In this document: one piece after another, positions 1 through 11,987 of the stretch
Numbering within the stretch: position 1 is the stretch's first letter
Layout: every line of letters begins with the position of its first letter
Assembly: GCF_001194135.2 (NCBI RefSeq)
Contig: NC_068983.1
Coordinates: 49,707,743-49,771,742 of the forward strand
From: Octopus bimaculoides
Lineage: Eukaryota
Direction: 5' to 3'
Length of the DNA: 64,000 nucleotides
Made by a program: the position numbers and the translations under genes
The notes under the pieces: model-generated
Seen by the model: only the letters and a program-made list of their open reading frames with translations
What the model was told of the DNA's origin: nothing
The model's database searches: none

Positions 1-44
<44 letters not shown>

Positions 45-580
45 GTGGGCACAGAACATCATGAAATGTGTACAACAAAAAAATATGAAGTACGAGTACT
101 TGGAATATGAAATATTTTTTCGAACAATGAAAGACACAAATGGAAAACAAGACAAACAACATATATATATATGTATATATGTGTATATATCTATATCTAT
201 ATATATATATATATACATATATATGTATATATATATATATCTATGTACATGCGTGTTCATGCATGTGTGTGTGTGTGTTTGTGCATGCTTTGTGTTTTTC
301 CATCACTGCCTCCACTTTACAACTGGTGTTGTTTTGTTTACATTTCTATAACTGAGCACTTTGGTAAAATAGACCATTAGAATAACAAGCAGATTTAAAA
401 ATTAAGTACTGGGGTTAATTTGTTTGACTAAACTCATCAAGGCAGTGCTCCGATATGGTCAAAGTCTAATAACTGAAAAAGTAGAAAGAGACAAAAGAAG
501 ATATTGGTCAATTTTTATCAAGCTTTAGCACTACAGTCTAAGTTTTGATGCCTTTAGCAATGACCAATCTGTTGCAAGTG

Positions 581-1145
581 GGATCTTTTTTAAAACGGGG
601 GCCACATTTTTCATTAACGAAACACTTTGAAACTTGGAACACTGGTAGAATGTGTCATATAAAACATCTTTTTCTCTTAGTCTTCTTTAAAAAAAGAGAA
701 ATCTTTAAGTTATTCCATGTTAAAGTTGTCGTATTTCTGTAATTTCAACCAATCACTGACGTCCATTCAGCCGATATACATTAAGTGCCGACTACATAAA
801 CAAACGATTCTGAAACAATTCTATCGGTGATAGGGTTAGGGTTAGGGTTAGGGTAAAACAGCAAATTTAAAAAGAAAAAAGCAAAACGAAGCTATGGAAA
901 TTAAATACGCTTTACACCGCTTAATCAGCCAAAGGAGTAAATATAAACAACTGAATACTTGTCAGTGATTGGTTGAAATTATCGAAATAAGACAATTTTT
1001 TACATGAAATAAATTCGAATACAAAAATATTTTTCTGTTCTATAACACAGAATAGATAAGTATACGAAGTTTGAAAGTCTTTCGGTACCAAAAACAATAC
1101 GTAAAACATTAATGAAAAATGTGGCCCCCGTTTTAAAAAGGATCC
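581..1145. mobile_element. MITE with 37-bp TIRs and 8-bp TSD (Merlin-like), containing internal (TTAGGG)n
   Basis: Left TIR GGATCTTTTTTAAAACGGGGGCCACATTTTTCATTAA (581-617) matches the reverse complement of 1109-1145 with 1 mismatch. TGCAAGTG is duplicated at 573-580 and 1146-1153. TIRs starting GG with an 8-bp TSD fit the Merlin superfamily; the superfamily call is inference. Confidence 0.8.
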
Positions 1146-3170
1146 TGCAAGTGTCCTAATTAGGTCACTGGCCTAAGGATAACATATAAGTCATATTTTC
1201 CACATCTCAGTTTGATACCATCCTCAAAAATCCTGCAGAAGCCATCAATTATCAATGAATTGATTGTTTCATCCGTAGGTTTTAAATTGTGAAATCGTTG
1301 TAGTGTTTTTTCTTTCATTCTTATTTTATTTTTCCAAAGTTCTGATCACATAAGAAAATATTCAATAAAAATAAATTTAAATACTGAAAAACTAATTTTC
1401 TTCATATGAAAAGCAATAGCTAAAGCAAACACAATAAAAGTAAAACAGTTATAAAATGAGAAAAATATAAAAATCAGAAGCCATATGACTGTGCCAAAAC
1501 ATTAAAAATATGCTTGAATTTTATGTTAAGAGGGTAATTTGAGACTAAACCTCTGTGGATTTTAGTTAATATAGCAACAAAATTGTTTAGTGTGCCATTG
1601 CATTTGGTAGATTATATGGTTCCGTGTCTTGCAAAGCAGTTACTTTTCCCATAGTCTGTTGTTTGTGTCCATAGATAATTAAAAAAAGGAAAATAAAAAA
1701 TGATATATATGTTGTGAACATTGAAATCAATTGTTAGTAACAAGACTACAATATTCCGACTTCTGTCGTAACCACAAGAGACGAATATATATGATGCTGT
1801 TTAACCTCCAAATCAGCCTTGATGAACACAATCATTCCTGTCATGACCATCCTGCCATGACCATCCTGTCTTATGTTCCTACATACAGAAAACTAGAACT
1901 ACATTATCCATCAAGTAAATTTTCCTAAGATATTAGGTTGTGAATTTGGGGGTGATTTAGTTGCTATTTCTAGCATTTCAGGAATATCGTTCATTAAAGC
2001 TCACCAGGGGATACATTCCAATCAAAATTTAGTAGTGTTGATACAAACATAAAGTTAGAGGTTAATAGACTGGAAAACTAACACCGCAGTAAAATCAATG
2101 TTACCAATTAGAAATCTATTATGCTATGCAAATTATTTATTATTTCTTTAATTTGTTTTTAAAACCCACCAAAATTTAGTACATAAATTAATGACAACAT
2201 TTCTCCATAGAATATAATAAATACAGCAAAAAGGGGAATACAATAAACATAGAAGTAAGACCTACAGAATAAACTGCCTACCAACTACTAAATACCAACA
2301 AATGGAAAGCAAAAACACAAACAAGACAAAAAAAAAACAGAATAACAAAGAAAAACATATCAGAAAAAAAAAATAACAGAACAGAATAAGAAACAGATAA
2401 AATGAAAACATGATGCTACTGACCTCCTACTTTGATAATGGATTTAAACTGTCAGTAGCTGATGGTTGTTTCATTTTCTAGATTACTTTAGTCTGCTTTA
2501 TTCCATTTCATTTAATATTTTAGTTGTTTGGCCTCTTTTTTCTGATTTTTTTTTTCATTTGAGTTTTCATTTACAGCATCTCTGTTTTCCTTCCCCCTTT
2601 CACAATGTTTGAACCCATGTTGCTGTTGTTGTTGTTGTTGTTGATGTAGCCATTATTTTATTTGCAGTTAATCCATGCTCCCACCACTTCTATCTTCCTA
2701 TATGTCTAATAATTTTCTGTTGTCATCATCACGATCATCCTTATGGGGGAATAAAACAGAATGCGATTGATTGAAAACCAACAAATTTCACAACTTGGTT
2801 TCTGTTCTTTCTTGATGCAGTTTTTCAATCGTTTTTTCTTTCTTTTTTTTACCTGTCCCTAGTTGCAGACAAGAAGGGACTAGGGCACTTACATTGTCCT
2901 GGATATGATTCTAAACTACATCCAGTAGTGGGGACCCTTCGGCCCCGGTTTCAGGGTTTGATGAGTGTGGAACCACCTCTTAGCTGCTATCATTCCCAGG
3001 TCTACTCTGGCCCAGAGTGGCAGCAGCTGTAAGGGTCCCAGCTATGAGTTAACTAGCAAACCTCACTGTGACTGGGTGGCAGGGACCGGCATAAGGGGCG
3101 GGAGCGAAGGGACTGGAAATCAACTCTTCCTAGTAATTTCTGCTTCCTAATAAGACAACAAGAATACATA

Positions 3171-3694
3171 CATCATCATCATCATCATCATCATCATCGT
3201 CGTCGTCGTTTAACGTCCGCTTTCCATGCTAGCATGGGTTGGACGATTTGACAGAGGACTGGCAAGCCGGAAGGCTGGACCAGGCTCCAATCTGATCTGA
3301 CAGAGTTTCTACAGCTGGATGCCCTTCCTAACACCAACCACTCCGATAGTGTAGTGGGTGCTTTTACGTGCCACCGGCACGAAGGCCAGTCAGGCAGTAC
3401 TGGCAACGGCCACGCTCAAAATGGTGTATTTTACATGCCACCTGCACAGGAGTCAATCCAGCGGCACTGGCAACGATCTCGCTTGAATGTTTTTACACGT
3501 GCCACCAGCACAAGTGCCAGGAAGGTGACACTGGGCACAGGTGCCGTCACAATTTTGCTTTTTCACTTTCGCTTGTCCCAACAGGTCTTTGCAAACCGAG
3601 TTTAGTGTCCAATGAAGGAGTCGATGCTGGCATGGGTGCCAGTCATCGAATTTAGTTCGATTTCGATTTCACTTGCCTCAACAGGTCTTCGCAA
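3171..3694 (-). mobile_element. RTE-clade LINE (or derived non-autonomous element) 3' end
   Basis: Reverse complement of ...GTTAGGAAGGGCATCCAGCTGTAGAAAC...AGCGGACGTTAAACGACGATGATGATG with a (GAT)n tail. The same sequence recurs more than 10 times in the window, and at 6380-6780 it follows an RTE-type ORF C-terminus. Confidence 0.75.
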
Positions 3695-3983
3695 GTTTAA
3701 AGAAAAAATACCCTGTTGTTGATGTTGAAATTCCTGTGAAGTAGACCTGTATCTAGGTTAGAAACCGGCTCTTTCTCTATTGGCAAGAAATCTTGAAATA
3801 AAACTGAACAATGACACATGCATAAATATCAATTAAGTAGACAGAAACGCAAAATAGTTCCTTATATGTAGAACTTGTATCTTGTTGATATCAGTCATGC
3901 ACTTCCAACATAAATAAACTATTTTCATTTTCTAAATTAATCTGCCTGCAAATTTCTACAAGTATTTATGATAATAATTCCAG

Positions 3984-4101
3984 AATATTAAATGTCATAT
4001 TTACTATTGTTGCTATATTTGGTATGGACTTGTTTATTTTCTCTGTATTGAATACTTTGGGCATATTTACATGTTTACAACAACTGAAGACATTCTTCAA
4101 G
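3984..4101 (+). CDS. Candidate internal exon (hydrophobic reading ILNVIFTIVAIFGMDLFIFSVLNTLGIFTCLQQLKTFFK); gene unidentified
   Basis: ttccag|...AAG|gtaaaa splice signals; open in two frames; no recognised homology. T-rich DNA readily gives hydrophobic translations by chance. Confidence 0.2.
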
Positions 4102-4352
4102 GTAAAAGTTCATTTAGTCAAAAGATAATACATAGTTTATTTACTGCAAGATTTCAACTATAGAGTAGCATTGAGGTCATGCTATTACAATATACAATGT
4201 TCATTGTGTACCAGATTGTTAATTTTAATCATTTTGCTCAATGTTCTAATTATTAGTGTAAGATTATATCAACCTTATTATCAATTTATGTTTACTTTTC
4301 CATGATTGCATGGCATGGACAGATTTTCTCTACCACATCTTACCATTTGGGC

Positions 4353-4745
4353 GCAGGAGTGGCTGTGTGGTAAGTAGCTTGCTTACCAACCACATGGTTC
4401 TGGGTTCATTCCCACTACGTGGCACCTTGGGCAAGTGTCTTCTACTATAGCCTCGGGCCAACCAAAGCCTTGTGAGTGGATTTGGTAGATGGAAAACTGA
4501 AAGAAGCCCGTCGTATATATGTATATATATATGTGTGTGTGTGTTTGTGTGTCTTTGTTTGTCCCCCCGACATCGCTTGACAACCGATGCTGGTGTGTTT
4601 ATGTCCCCATAACTTAGCGGTTTGGCAAAAGAGACCGATAGAATAAGTACCAGGCTTCCAAAGAATAAGTCCTGGGGTTGATTTGCTCAACTAAAGGCGG
4701 TGCTCCAGCATGGCCACAGTCAAATGACAAACAAGTAAAAGAGTA
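4353..4745 (+). mobile_element. SINE family S1 (tRNA-like head, CORE-like segment, internal TA/TG microsatellite), full length
   Basis: GCAGGAGTGGCTGTGTGGTAAG head, GGTTCA-TCCC B-box-like motif, GCACCTTGGGCAAGTGTC segment resembling the MIR/CORE domain, 3' ...GAAACAAGTAAAAGAGTA; about 20 copies or fragments in the window. Confidence 0.85.
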
Positions 4746-4868
4746 TTTGTTGCAGATCTTTGTCATCTTCTGTTGTTTTCAGTCTCTTTAAATAAACTTC
4801 ATCTCTTTCCTTTATATCTTCTGCTTCTGTGCCATCAGACCACTCATATTACTTAGCATCACTTAAAC

Positions 4869-5530
4869 CAGTGGTTCCCAAACTTTTTCGGGCTGCTGTC
4901 CCCTTGACACCTACGCCACATTCCTAGTGCCCCCACCCCGACTAACCATCACAAACATAGACATCTTTCTGAAGCAAATTCAAAGCAACTGCATTTTACA
5001 AATAGAACTTAACCTAACGAACCCATTATTTGGTTGTTGTTACATGAATCAGTGAATGTGCATGGCTCAGTGGTTAGAGCATCGATCTTATGACCGTGAG
5101 GTTGTGAGTTCGAATCCCTGACCGGGCTGCATGTTGTGTTCTTGAGCAAGACACTTTATTTCACGTTGCTCCAGTTCACTCATCTGTAGAAATGAGTTGC
5201 GATGTCACAGGTACCAAGCTATATTGATCCCTTTGCTTTTCCCTTGGATAACATCGGTGGCATGGAGAGGGGAGGCCGGTATGCATGGGTGGCTGATGGT
5301 CTTCCATAAACAACCTTGCCGTGACTTGTGCCTGGGAGGGTAACTTTCTAGGTGCAACCCCATGGCCAGTCATGACCAAAAGGAGTCTCAGCACATGAAT
5401 CACTACCCCATTATTGCCCCCACTTTTTACATGCATCAATACCGCATTATCACCTCACTTTTCTTCAACACCTCCTTGGACTTTTCCACTACCCCCAGGA
5501 GAGCAATACTGCCCATTTTGGGAACCACTG
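4869..5530. mobile_element. hAT-type (Charlie/Buster-like) MITE carrying a nested SINE
   Basis: TIRs CAGTGGTTCCCAAA (4869) / TTTGGGAACCACTG (5530); imperfect TSD (ACTTAAAC / ATTAAAC). Confidence 0.7.
5057..5389 (+). mobile_element. SINE family S3 (tRNA-derived head)
   Basis: A-box TGGCTCAGTGG and B-box GAGTTCGAATCC; homologous copies at 54057-54362 (+), 43345-43580 (-) and 6095-6290 (partial). Confidence 0.8.
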
Positions 5531-5740
5531 ATTAAACCAACTATCATTCTATACTTGAGGATGACTATACTTGAGTAATATTCTCTCTTATATTCAATTC
5601 TGCATATATTTAGTTTTTCTCTCATTTTGCTTCATTTCTATCCAGCCTTCATACAGCTTCCAAGTTTAATGCTGCTGTTTTGCAATCATGCAATATCTCA
5701 CTTCATTTGAAAGTGTTACGAATACATACATGTGTGTGTG

Positions 5741-5744
5741 TGTG

Positions 5745-5784
<40 letters not shown>

Positions 5785-5982
5785 GGATGGATGGATGGAT
5801 GGATTGATGGATGGATGGATGGATGGATGGATAGATGGATAGATAGATTGATAGAGGGATAGATTAATAGAGGGATAGATTGATAGATGGATAGATTGAT
5901 AGATGGATAGATAGATTGATAGATAGATAGATGGATAGATGGATAGATTGATAAATAGATAGATTGATAGATGGATAGATAG

Positions 5983-6071
<89 letters not shown>

Positions 6072-6095
6072 TACATACAGACAGACACAGACAGA
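5741..6095. repeat. Compound microsatellite (GATA)n/(GGAT)n/(GA)n/(GACA)n
   Basis: Direct reading of the sequence. Confidence 0.95.
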
Positions 6096-6379
6096 GCAGG
6101 AGAGCATGTAGCCCTAGTGCTTAGGGTCTTGCATTCATAATTATGAGATTGGAGTTTGAATTCCCAGACCGGGCTATGTGTTACATTCTTAAGCAAAATT
6201 TTTCATCTTATATTGTACTACAATCACTTCGACTTCTGATGTATGGCACACCATTCACCTGTTATCGCATATTAATTTGATAGAAGAAGAATACTAATGA
6301 ACAGCACAAAAATTTGATTAATTATAAACAAATCATCTGAGAGATTATTCACCAAGAAATTGCTGTACACTCATTTGTC

Positions 6380-6780
6380 AGCTATGACAGGAATGTCAAG
6401 GGACAGGTAGAAATGGGATACAAAGTAGGTGGAACATGTGGAAGTGGGGAGACCCAAGAAGACAAAGGATGAAGTACTGAAGAATGACGTCAGGATGCTG
6501 AACCTTTCAGATGAGATGATAGAGGACCGAGATGCCTGGTGCCTTACTGTACACACGAAGACCCATGCCACACAGCAGAAGCGATAAGGCCACTCCCCCT
6601 GGTGAAGATGGTTGGCCTGCAAGAGTCTTGTGCTGGTGCTATGTGAAAAGCATCTGTTCCAGTGCCACATAGGGGCGCTCGTGAGATGGCATGTAAAAGC
6701 ACCCACCACAGGAAGAAACCCTCCAACCCATGCCAGCATGGACAATGGGACGACAGATGTTAAATGACAATGATAATGTT
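6380..6780 (+). mobile_element. RTE LINE ORF C-terminus plus 3' UTR, decayed
   Basis: Translates (one frameshift) to GRPKKTKDEVLKNDVRMLNLSDEMIEDRDAWCLTV, the typical RTE C-terminal GRP..W motif region; ends in a GAT-like tail. Confidence 0.75.
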
Positions 6781-6794
6781 GATATTAAATAAGA

Positions 6795-6951
6795 GCAGGA
6801 GTGGCTGTGTGGTAAGAAGCTTGCTTCCTAACCACATGGTTTTAGGTTCAGTCCCACTATGTGGAACCTAGTACAAGTGTCTTCTTCTATAGCCTCAGGC
6901 TGACCAAAGCCTTGTGAGTGGATTTGATAGATGGAAACTGAAAGAAGCCTG

Positions 6952-6993
<42 letters not shown>

Positions 6994-7186
6994 CTGTGTT
7001 TGGCTACTACCATTGCTTGACAACCGATGCTGGTGTGATTACATCCCTATAACTTAGCGGTTTGGCAAAAGTACTGATAGAATAAGTACTAGGCTTACAA
7101 AGAATAAGTCTTGGGGTTGATTCATTCACCTAAATGTGGTGTTCCTGCATGGCCATGGTCAAAATGACAGAAATAAATAAAAGAAT
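6795..7186 (+). mobile_element. SINE S1 full length
   Basis: Colinear with 4353-4745. Confidence 0.85.
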
Positions 7187-7386
7187 ATATAGATATACGA
7201 AAATGTCTAACGCATTGGTGGATATAATATATCTTAAATTTGTTTATGGGAAACGTTTGAATATTTGATGAAGTGTCTATTCCATTATGCTGGCCACAGT
7301 CTAATGGAGCTGATTGGTGAACCAGTTTTATGGGGTTGCATTGAGCTTACCGATATAATGTAGGGTAAATATATATATATATATAT

Positions 7387-7802
7387 ACTCTTTTACTCTT
7401 TTACTCTTTTACTTGTTTCAGTCTTTTGACTGCAGCCATGCTGGAGCACCACCTTTAGTCGAGTAAATCGAACCCAGGACTTATTCTTTAGAAGCCTAGT
7501 ACTTATTCTATCGGTCTCTTTTGCCGAACCGCTAAGTTACGGGGACATAAACACACCAGCATCGGTTGTCAAGCGATGTTGGGGGAGACAAACACAGACA
7601 CACAAACACATACACACATACATATATATATATACATATATACGACGGGCTTCTTTCAGTTTCCGTCTACCAAATCCACTCACAAGGTTTGGTCGGCCCG
7701 AGGCTATAGTAGAAGACACTTGCCCAAGGTGCCACGCAGTGAGACTGAACCCGGGACCATGTGGTTGGTAAGCAAGCTACTTACCACACAGCCACTCCTA
7801 CG
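7387..7802 (-). mobile_element. SINE S1 full length, inverted relative to 6795-7186
   Basis: Reverse complement of the S1 sequence. Confidence 0.85.
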
Positions 7803-7864
7803 CCTTATATATATATATGTATATATGTATATATGTATATATATATATATATATATATACTCTC

Positions 7865-8045
7865 TACACTATGTATATATGCGCTACTACACTCTTGGAG
7901 TGGTTTGCATTAGGAAGGGCATCCAGCTGTAGAAACTCTGCCAGATCAGATTGGAGTCTGGTGTAGCCATCCGCTTCACTAATCCTCAGTCAAATCGTCC
8001 AACCCATGCTAGCATGGAAAGCGAACATTAAATGATGAGGATGAT
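7865..8045 (+). mobile_element. RTE-type 3' end fragment
   Basis: CACTACACTCTTGGAGTGGTT...AGGAAGGGCATCCAGCTGTAGAAAC...ATGATGAGGATGAT. Confidence 0.75.
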
Positions 8046-8144
8046 ATATATACATATATATATATTTATTAGATGAAATGAGATCACAAAGCCAAAGCTT
8101 TGAGTAGTTTTCAGGACATTTTTAAGGAAAATGATATAGATATA

Positions 8145-8192
8145 GTCTTACACCTGTTTCTGGGATACTATGGATATCCTTTCCTCAGAGAC
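8145..8192 (-). ncRNA. Minimal type I hammerhead ribozyme-like motif (family D) in a Penelope-like tail
   Basis: Minus strand reads GTCT-CTGAGGA-AA-GGATA(TCCATAG)TATCC-CA-GAAA-C(AGGT)GT-A-AGAC. Stem I is GTCT/AGAC, core CUGANGA and GAAA, cleavage triplet GUA; non-canonical at the stem II junction. Confidence 0.5.
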
Positions 8193-8393
8193 AATATGAG
8201 ATAGTTAAATAGAGACAAATATTTGACTTTCTAATTTCATATCTTCTAATATATATATGCATGCTAATACAAAACCCACATTAGACTCATCACTCGTATT
8301 ACTATAAAAGCAAGAGTTTTACTACAGTCTGTCCATAGCACTTACTTAGCATTATCTGCCACTCTTTGGATCTTCTAGATACCAATACCTCTC

Positions 8394-8437
<44 letters not shown>

Positions 8438-9741
8438 TCTAAGAATCTATAAGGTATGTAGAACAGGTATTTGGATATTTATCAGCAGAGTGTGTATATT
8501 AATATTTGTACTGTATTACAGATCTATTTCCGCTAATTTTTGCAATTAGTTTTGCACATGAGTAGTCTCAGGTTATCATCGAATTCAAGTGTGAAACTGA
8601 TTGGTAAAATCAGCTGGAATTGATCTGTAATACTGCTGTGTATGTATGTATGTATGTATGCATGTATGTATGTATGTATGTATGTTTGTATGTATGTGTG
8701 TATATATGTATGTGTATATATAAATATACATATATATATATATATATATGGATGTATATATGTGTCTATGTGTGTATATGCACCCACACACATATACACA
8801 TACATATAAACACACATATATATACACACATACACTTAAATACACACATACACTTAAATACATACATACATAAATATACACACATACATACATGCATATA
8901 TATGTATATGTATATTATGTGTGTACACATATATATATATATATATATGTATCTATGTATATCCAGAGAGAGAAAGTGAAAGAGAGATCGAATTAGTGCT
9001 GAAGCACTATGAAACTATATCCACTGAATTTAAGAATTCAATTTTTAACAAGTCATTAAACTTTCATATGTTAATACTTCAATGCAATAATCGTAGACAG
9101 AATGTTTTTTGCATATAAATAAATCGACTACGACAAATGTTCAGAGCAAAATATTTATAATAAATAAAAAGAGTTCATTGATATTTCATAATTTTATTCT
9201 CATTTCTACAGCTGTGGAACTTAGAATGAAATTATGAAACACTAATAAAATCTTTGCTGTATATGTTGATATGCATGTATCCAGCGGCATGCATATACAA
9301 GATTGTATATGATTATATACATACACCCATGTTTTGTGCATATGTGTATGTGTGTATGTATACATTTATATATGAATGTATATATTTATATATGCATGTA
9401 TGCTTCTGTATGAGTGTATGTCTGTGTGTATCTGTGTGTGTACATAAATCCTTATTGCATGTGTGCATATCGGTTCCGTTTTGCTTCTCCTAAAACCTTG
9501 ACAACATATCCATGACCTGAAGATGCCTTATTTCCCCCTCCACCAGCACACACATTTAAGCTTTGTTTTGTTTTTTTATGCTTTTTAGCTCTTAGTATAC
9601 TTCACAATGTCCTCTCATCTTTATCTTTCCTCTATCATTGTAACCACATTTAACTTTCCATTTGTTACTTGTCTCTTCTTACAGTCCCTATTGAAGTATT
9701 CATGGAACCTTCTTTCATGTATAATATAGTAATTTTAAAGG

Positions 9742-9925
9742 TGTAGAGATGGCAGAAACATTAGTATGCTGGGCGAAATGCTTAGCAGTATTTCGTCTGT
9801 CTTTACGTTCTGAGTTCAAATTCTGCCAAGGTCAACTTTGCCTTTTATCCTTTCGGGATCGATAAATTAAGTGCCAGTTATGTAATCGATTTAATCTCTT
9901 TCTCTGTGCTTGTTTGTCCCCTCTA
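9742..9925 (+). mobile_element. SINE family S4 (tRNA-like head, ...TTTCATCCTTTCGGGGTCGATAAATTAAGTACCAG domain)
   Basis: GGCAGAAACATTAG...GAGTTCAAATTC...AACTTTGCCTTTTATCC; related copies near 19095-19300, 24405-24590 (-), 28768-28900, 33533-34010 and 43050-43260. Confidence 0.7.
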
Positions 9926-10025
9926 GATACCTACATACATGCATTTTTGTATATACATGAGATAGAGAGAGAGAAACAGTGGTTTGGTGGAACAAACAGG
10001 AGAAATAGGTCTACAATTATGTATG

Positions 10026-10201
10026 TGGCGTAGTGTTTAAGAGCGTAGGTTACTAACCCCAAGATTCTGAGTTTTGATTCCAGGCAGTGACCTGAATAAT
10101 AATCATCATCATCATCATCATCATCGTTTAACGTCCGCTTTCCATGCTAGCATGGGTTGGACGATTTGACTGAGGACTGGTGAAACCGGATGGCAACACC
10201 A

Positions 10202-10270
<69 letters not shown>

Positions 10271-10464
10271 CAACATTGAAAAATACCTTAGGAATGAGAA
10301 CCCAGGTTTGAAATTTTCCCAAGACACCTGATGAAGGCTGGAGGGTATATCAGCTGAAACGTTGTGTTAACAACAAACAAGATGAGGACAAATATCTGTC
10401 AAATGCAAATAATGTAAATGATGTAAAAAATGTACATAATTCCTCATCTCTTAAATATAAAACT
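10026..10464 (+). mobile_element. Composite element family A copy 1: tRNA-like head + (AAT)n + hammerhead motif + tail; interrupted by an RTE 3' fragment at ~10104-10201
   Basis: Head TGGCGTAGTG...GAGTTTTGATTCCAGGCAGTGACCTG, (AAT)n at 10203-10270, HHR at 10323-10368, tail ...AATTCCTCATCTCTTAAATATAAAACT. Other copies at 21330-22011, 35333-35997, 36599-37022 and 42906-43039. Confidence 0.85.
10323..10368 (+). ncRNA. Minimal type I hammerhead ribozyme motif (family A, best-preserved copy)
   Basis: GACAC-CTGATGA-A-GGCTG(GAGGGTATAT)CAGCT-GAAA-C-GT-T-GTGTT. Stem I GACAC/GTGTT, full core CUGAUGA/GAAA, palindromic AACGTT stem III, triplet GUU. Other copies have CAGCC at the stem II 3' strand. Confidence 0.7.
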
Positions 10465-11248
10465 AAGTATATATACTTCTTAATTCTTTATTTGCAGAAA
10501 GTTACAAAAGTAATTCGAAGACTAAAAAAAATATCTCAAATTATTTTATTGGTTGTGTCAATTACTTTTCCATAAAAAATTGCTCAGTCTTCATTCAAGA
10601 TTTTTTCCTATGGTTCCTAACCCATTCTTTGCAATCTTCTTTTACAAATAATCGTTCTACTATGACGGAGATTCTTTACAGTTGCTTTTGTACTCCTCAC
10701 ATGCTTTTGTCATTGTTGCTAACAACATTTCTAAGCATCTTATTGCTTCGCTACCTGATCGCTATATGCTTCTATGAAATCCATAATCTGCCCTTCATAA
10801 TTTAAATAACTTTGATAGAAAATTTACTTCAAGGACATGTATGACAGCATAATCAATATACAGCATGCATGATCGATATTCATTTTACATTTATATCAGT
10901 GTGGTAGTCAGGGCCTTGATATACATTTGACAGTTGTGGTCTTTTTTGACAGACAACCACAGAACTGTCATCTGATTAATATTTTCTTTGTTATGGAGAG
11001 AGAACACTAGATAAATGCATGCATGTACATGCATGTTGACACAAGTGAATATGTGTATCAAAATATGCACATACTGGGTGAAGGTATGGCTGTATGGTAA
11101 AGAATTTTTCTTTGCAGCTACATAGTTTCAGGTTTGCTAACAATGTGGTTTGTCATAGGGGAATGTTTTTTTCCATATCCATGAGTTGATCAATTTTTTG
11201 CAAATAAAATTTAGTATAGTAAACTGTGTAGAAGTCTAACATTCACCT

Positions 11249-11987
11249 AAGCAATGACTAGTGACCGGAACATTTGGAAATATGCTGTGTGTGAGAAAAC
11301 CCGGCAAGACAAGTGAGACCATAACCTGTGGCCTTTACCAGCGGTGTAGCCAGCCCACTTATGCATACCCAAACTTTGTGGACACCCTGTATATATATAA
11401 CATTAGGCCTCACCGAGGCAATGACTAGAGACCGAGACCTTTGGAAATATGCTGTACATGAGAAGACCCGGCAAGGCAAGTGAGACCATAACCCATGGCC
11501 TATACCAGGGATGTAGCCAGCCCACTTATGCGTACTTTTTCTTCTTTGGACACTAAACTCAGCTTGCGAAGACCTGTTGGGGCAGGTGAAATCGAAACTG
11601 AACCAAATTCAATGACTGGCACCTGTGCCAGTGGAGCGCTAACAGCACCATCCAAGCAGGATCACTGCCAGAGCAGCGGTCTCACTCCCGTGTCGGTGGC
11701 ATGGAAAAAACTCCATTTGAGTGCAATCATTCCCAGCTTTGCCTTACTGGCACTTGTGCTGGTGGCATGTGAACAAAACATTGGACTGACTCCTGTGCCA
11801 GTGGCACGTAAAAAGCACCCACTACACTCTTGGAGTGGTTGGCGTTAGGAAGGGCATCCAGCTGTAGAAACTCTGCCAGATCAGATTGAAGTCTGGTGCA
11901 GCCATCTGGTTCGCCAGTCCCCAGTCAAATCGTCCAACCCATGCTAGCATGGAAAGCGGACGTTAAATGATGATAATGATGATGATG
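11249..11987 (+). mobile_element. RTE-type 3' region with a duplicated ~120-bp segment (11249-11365 vs 11417-11535)
   Basis: Two near-identical GCAATGACTAG...AGCCCACTTATGC blocks, then the same 3' end as 3171-3694, ending in (GAT)n. Confidence 0.75.

Noticed and set aside
832-853. Telomere or chromosome-fusion site
   Set aside because: Only about 3.5 units, lying inside a TIR element with a TSD.
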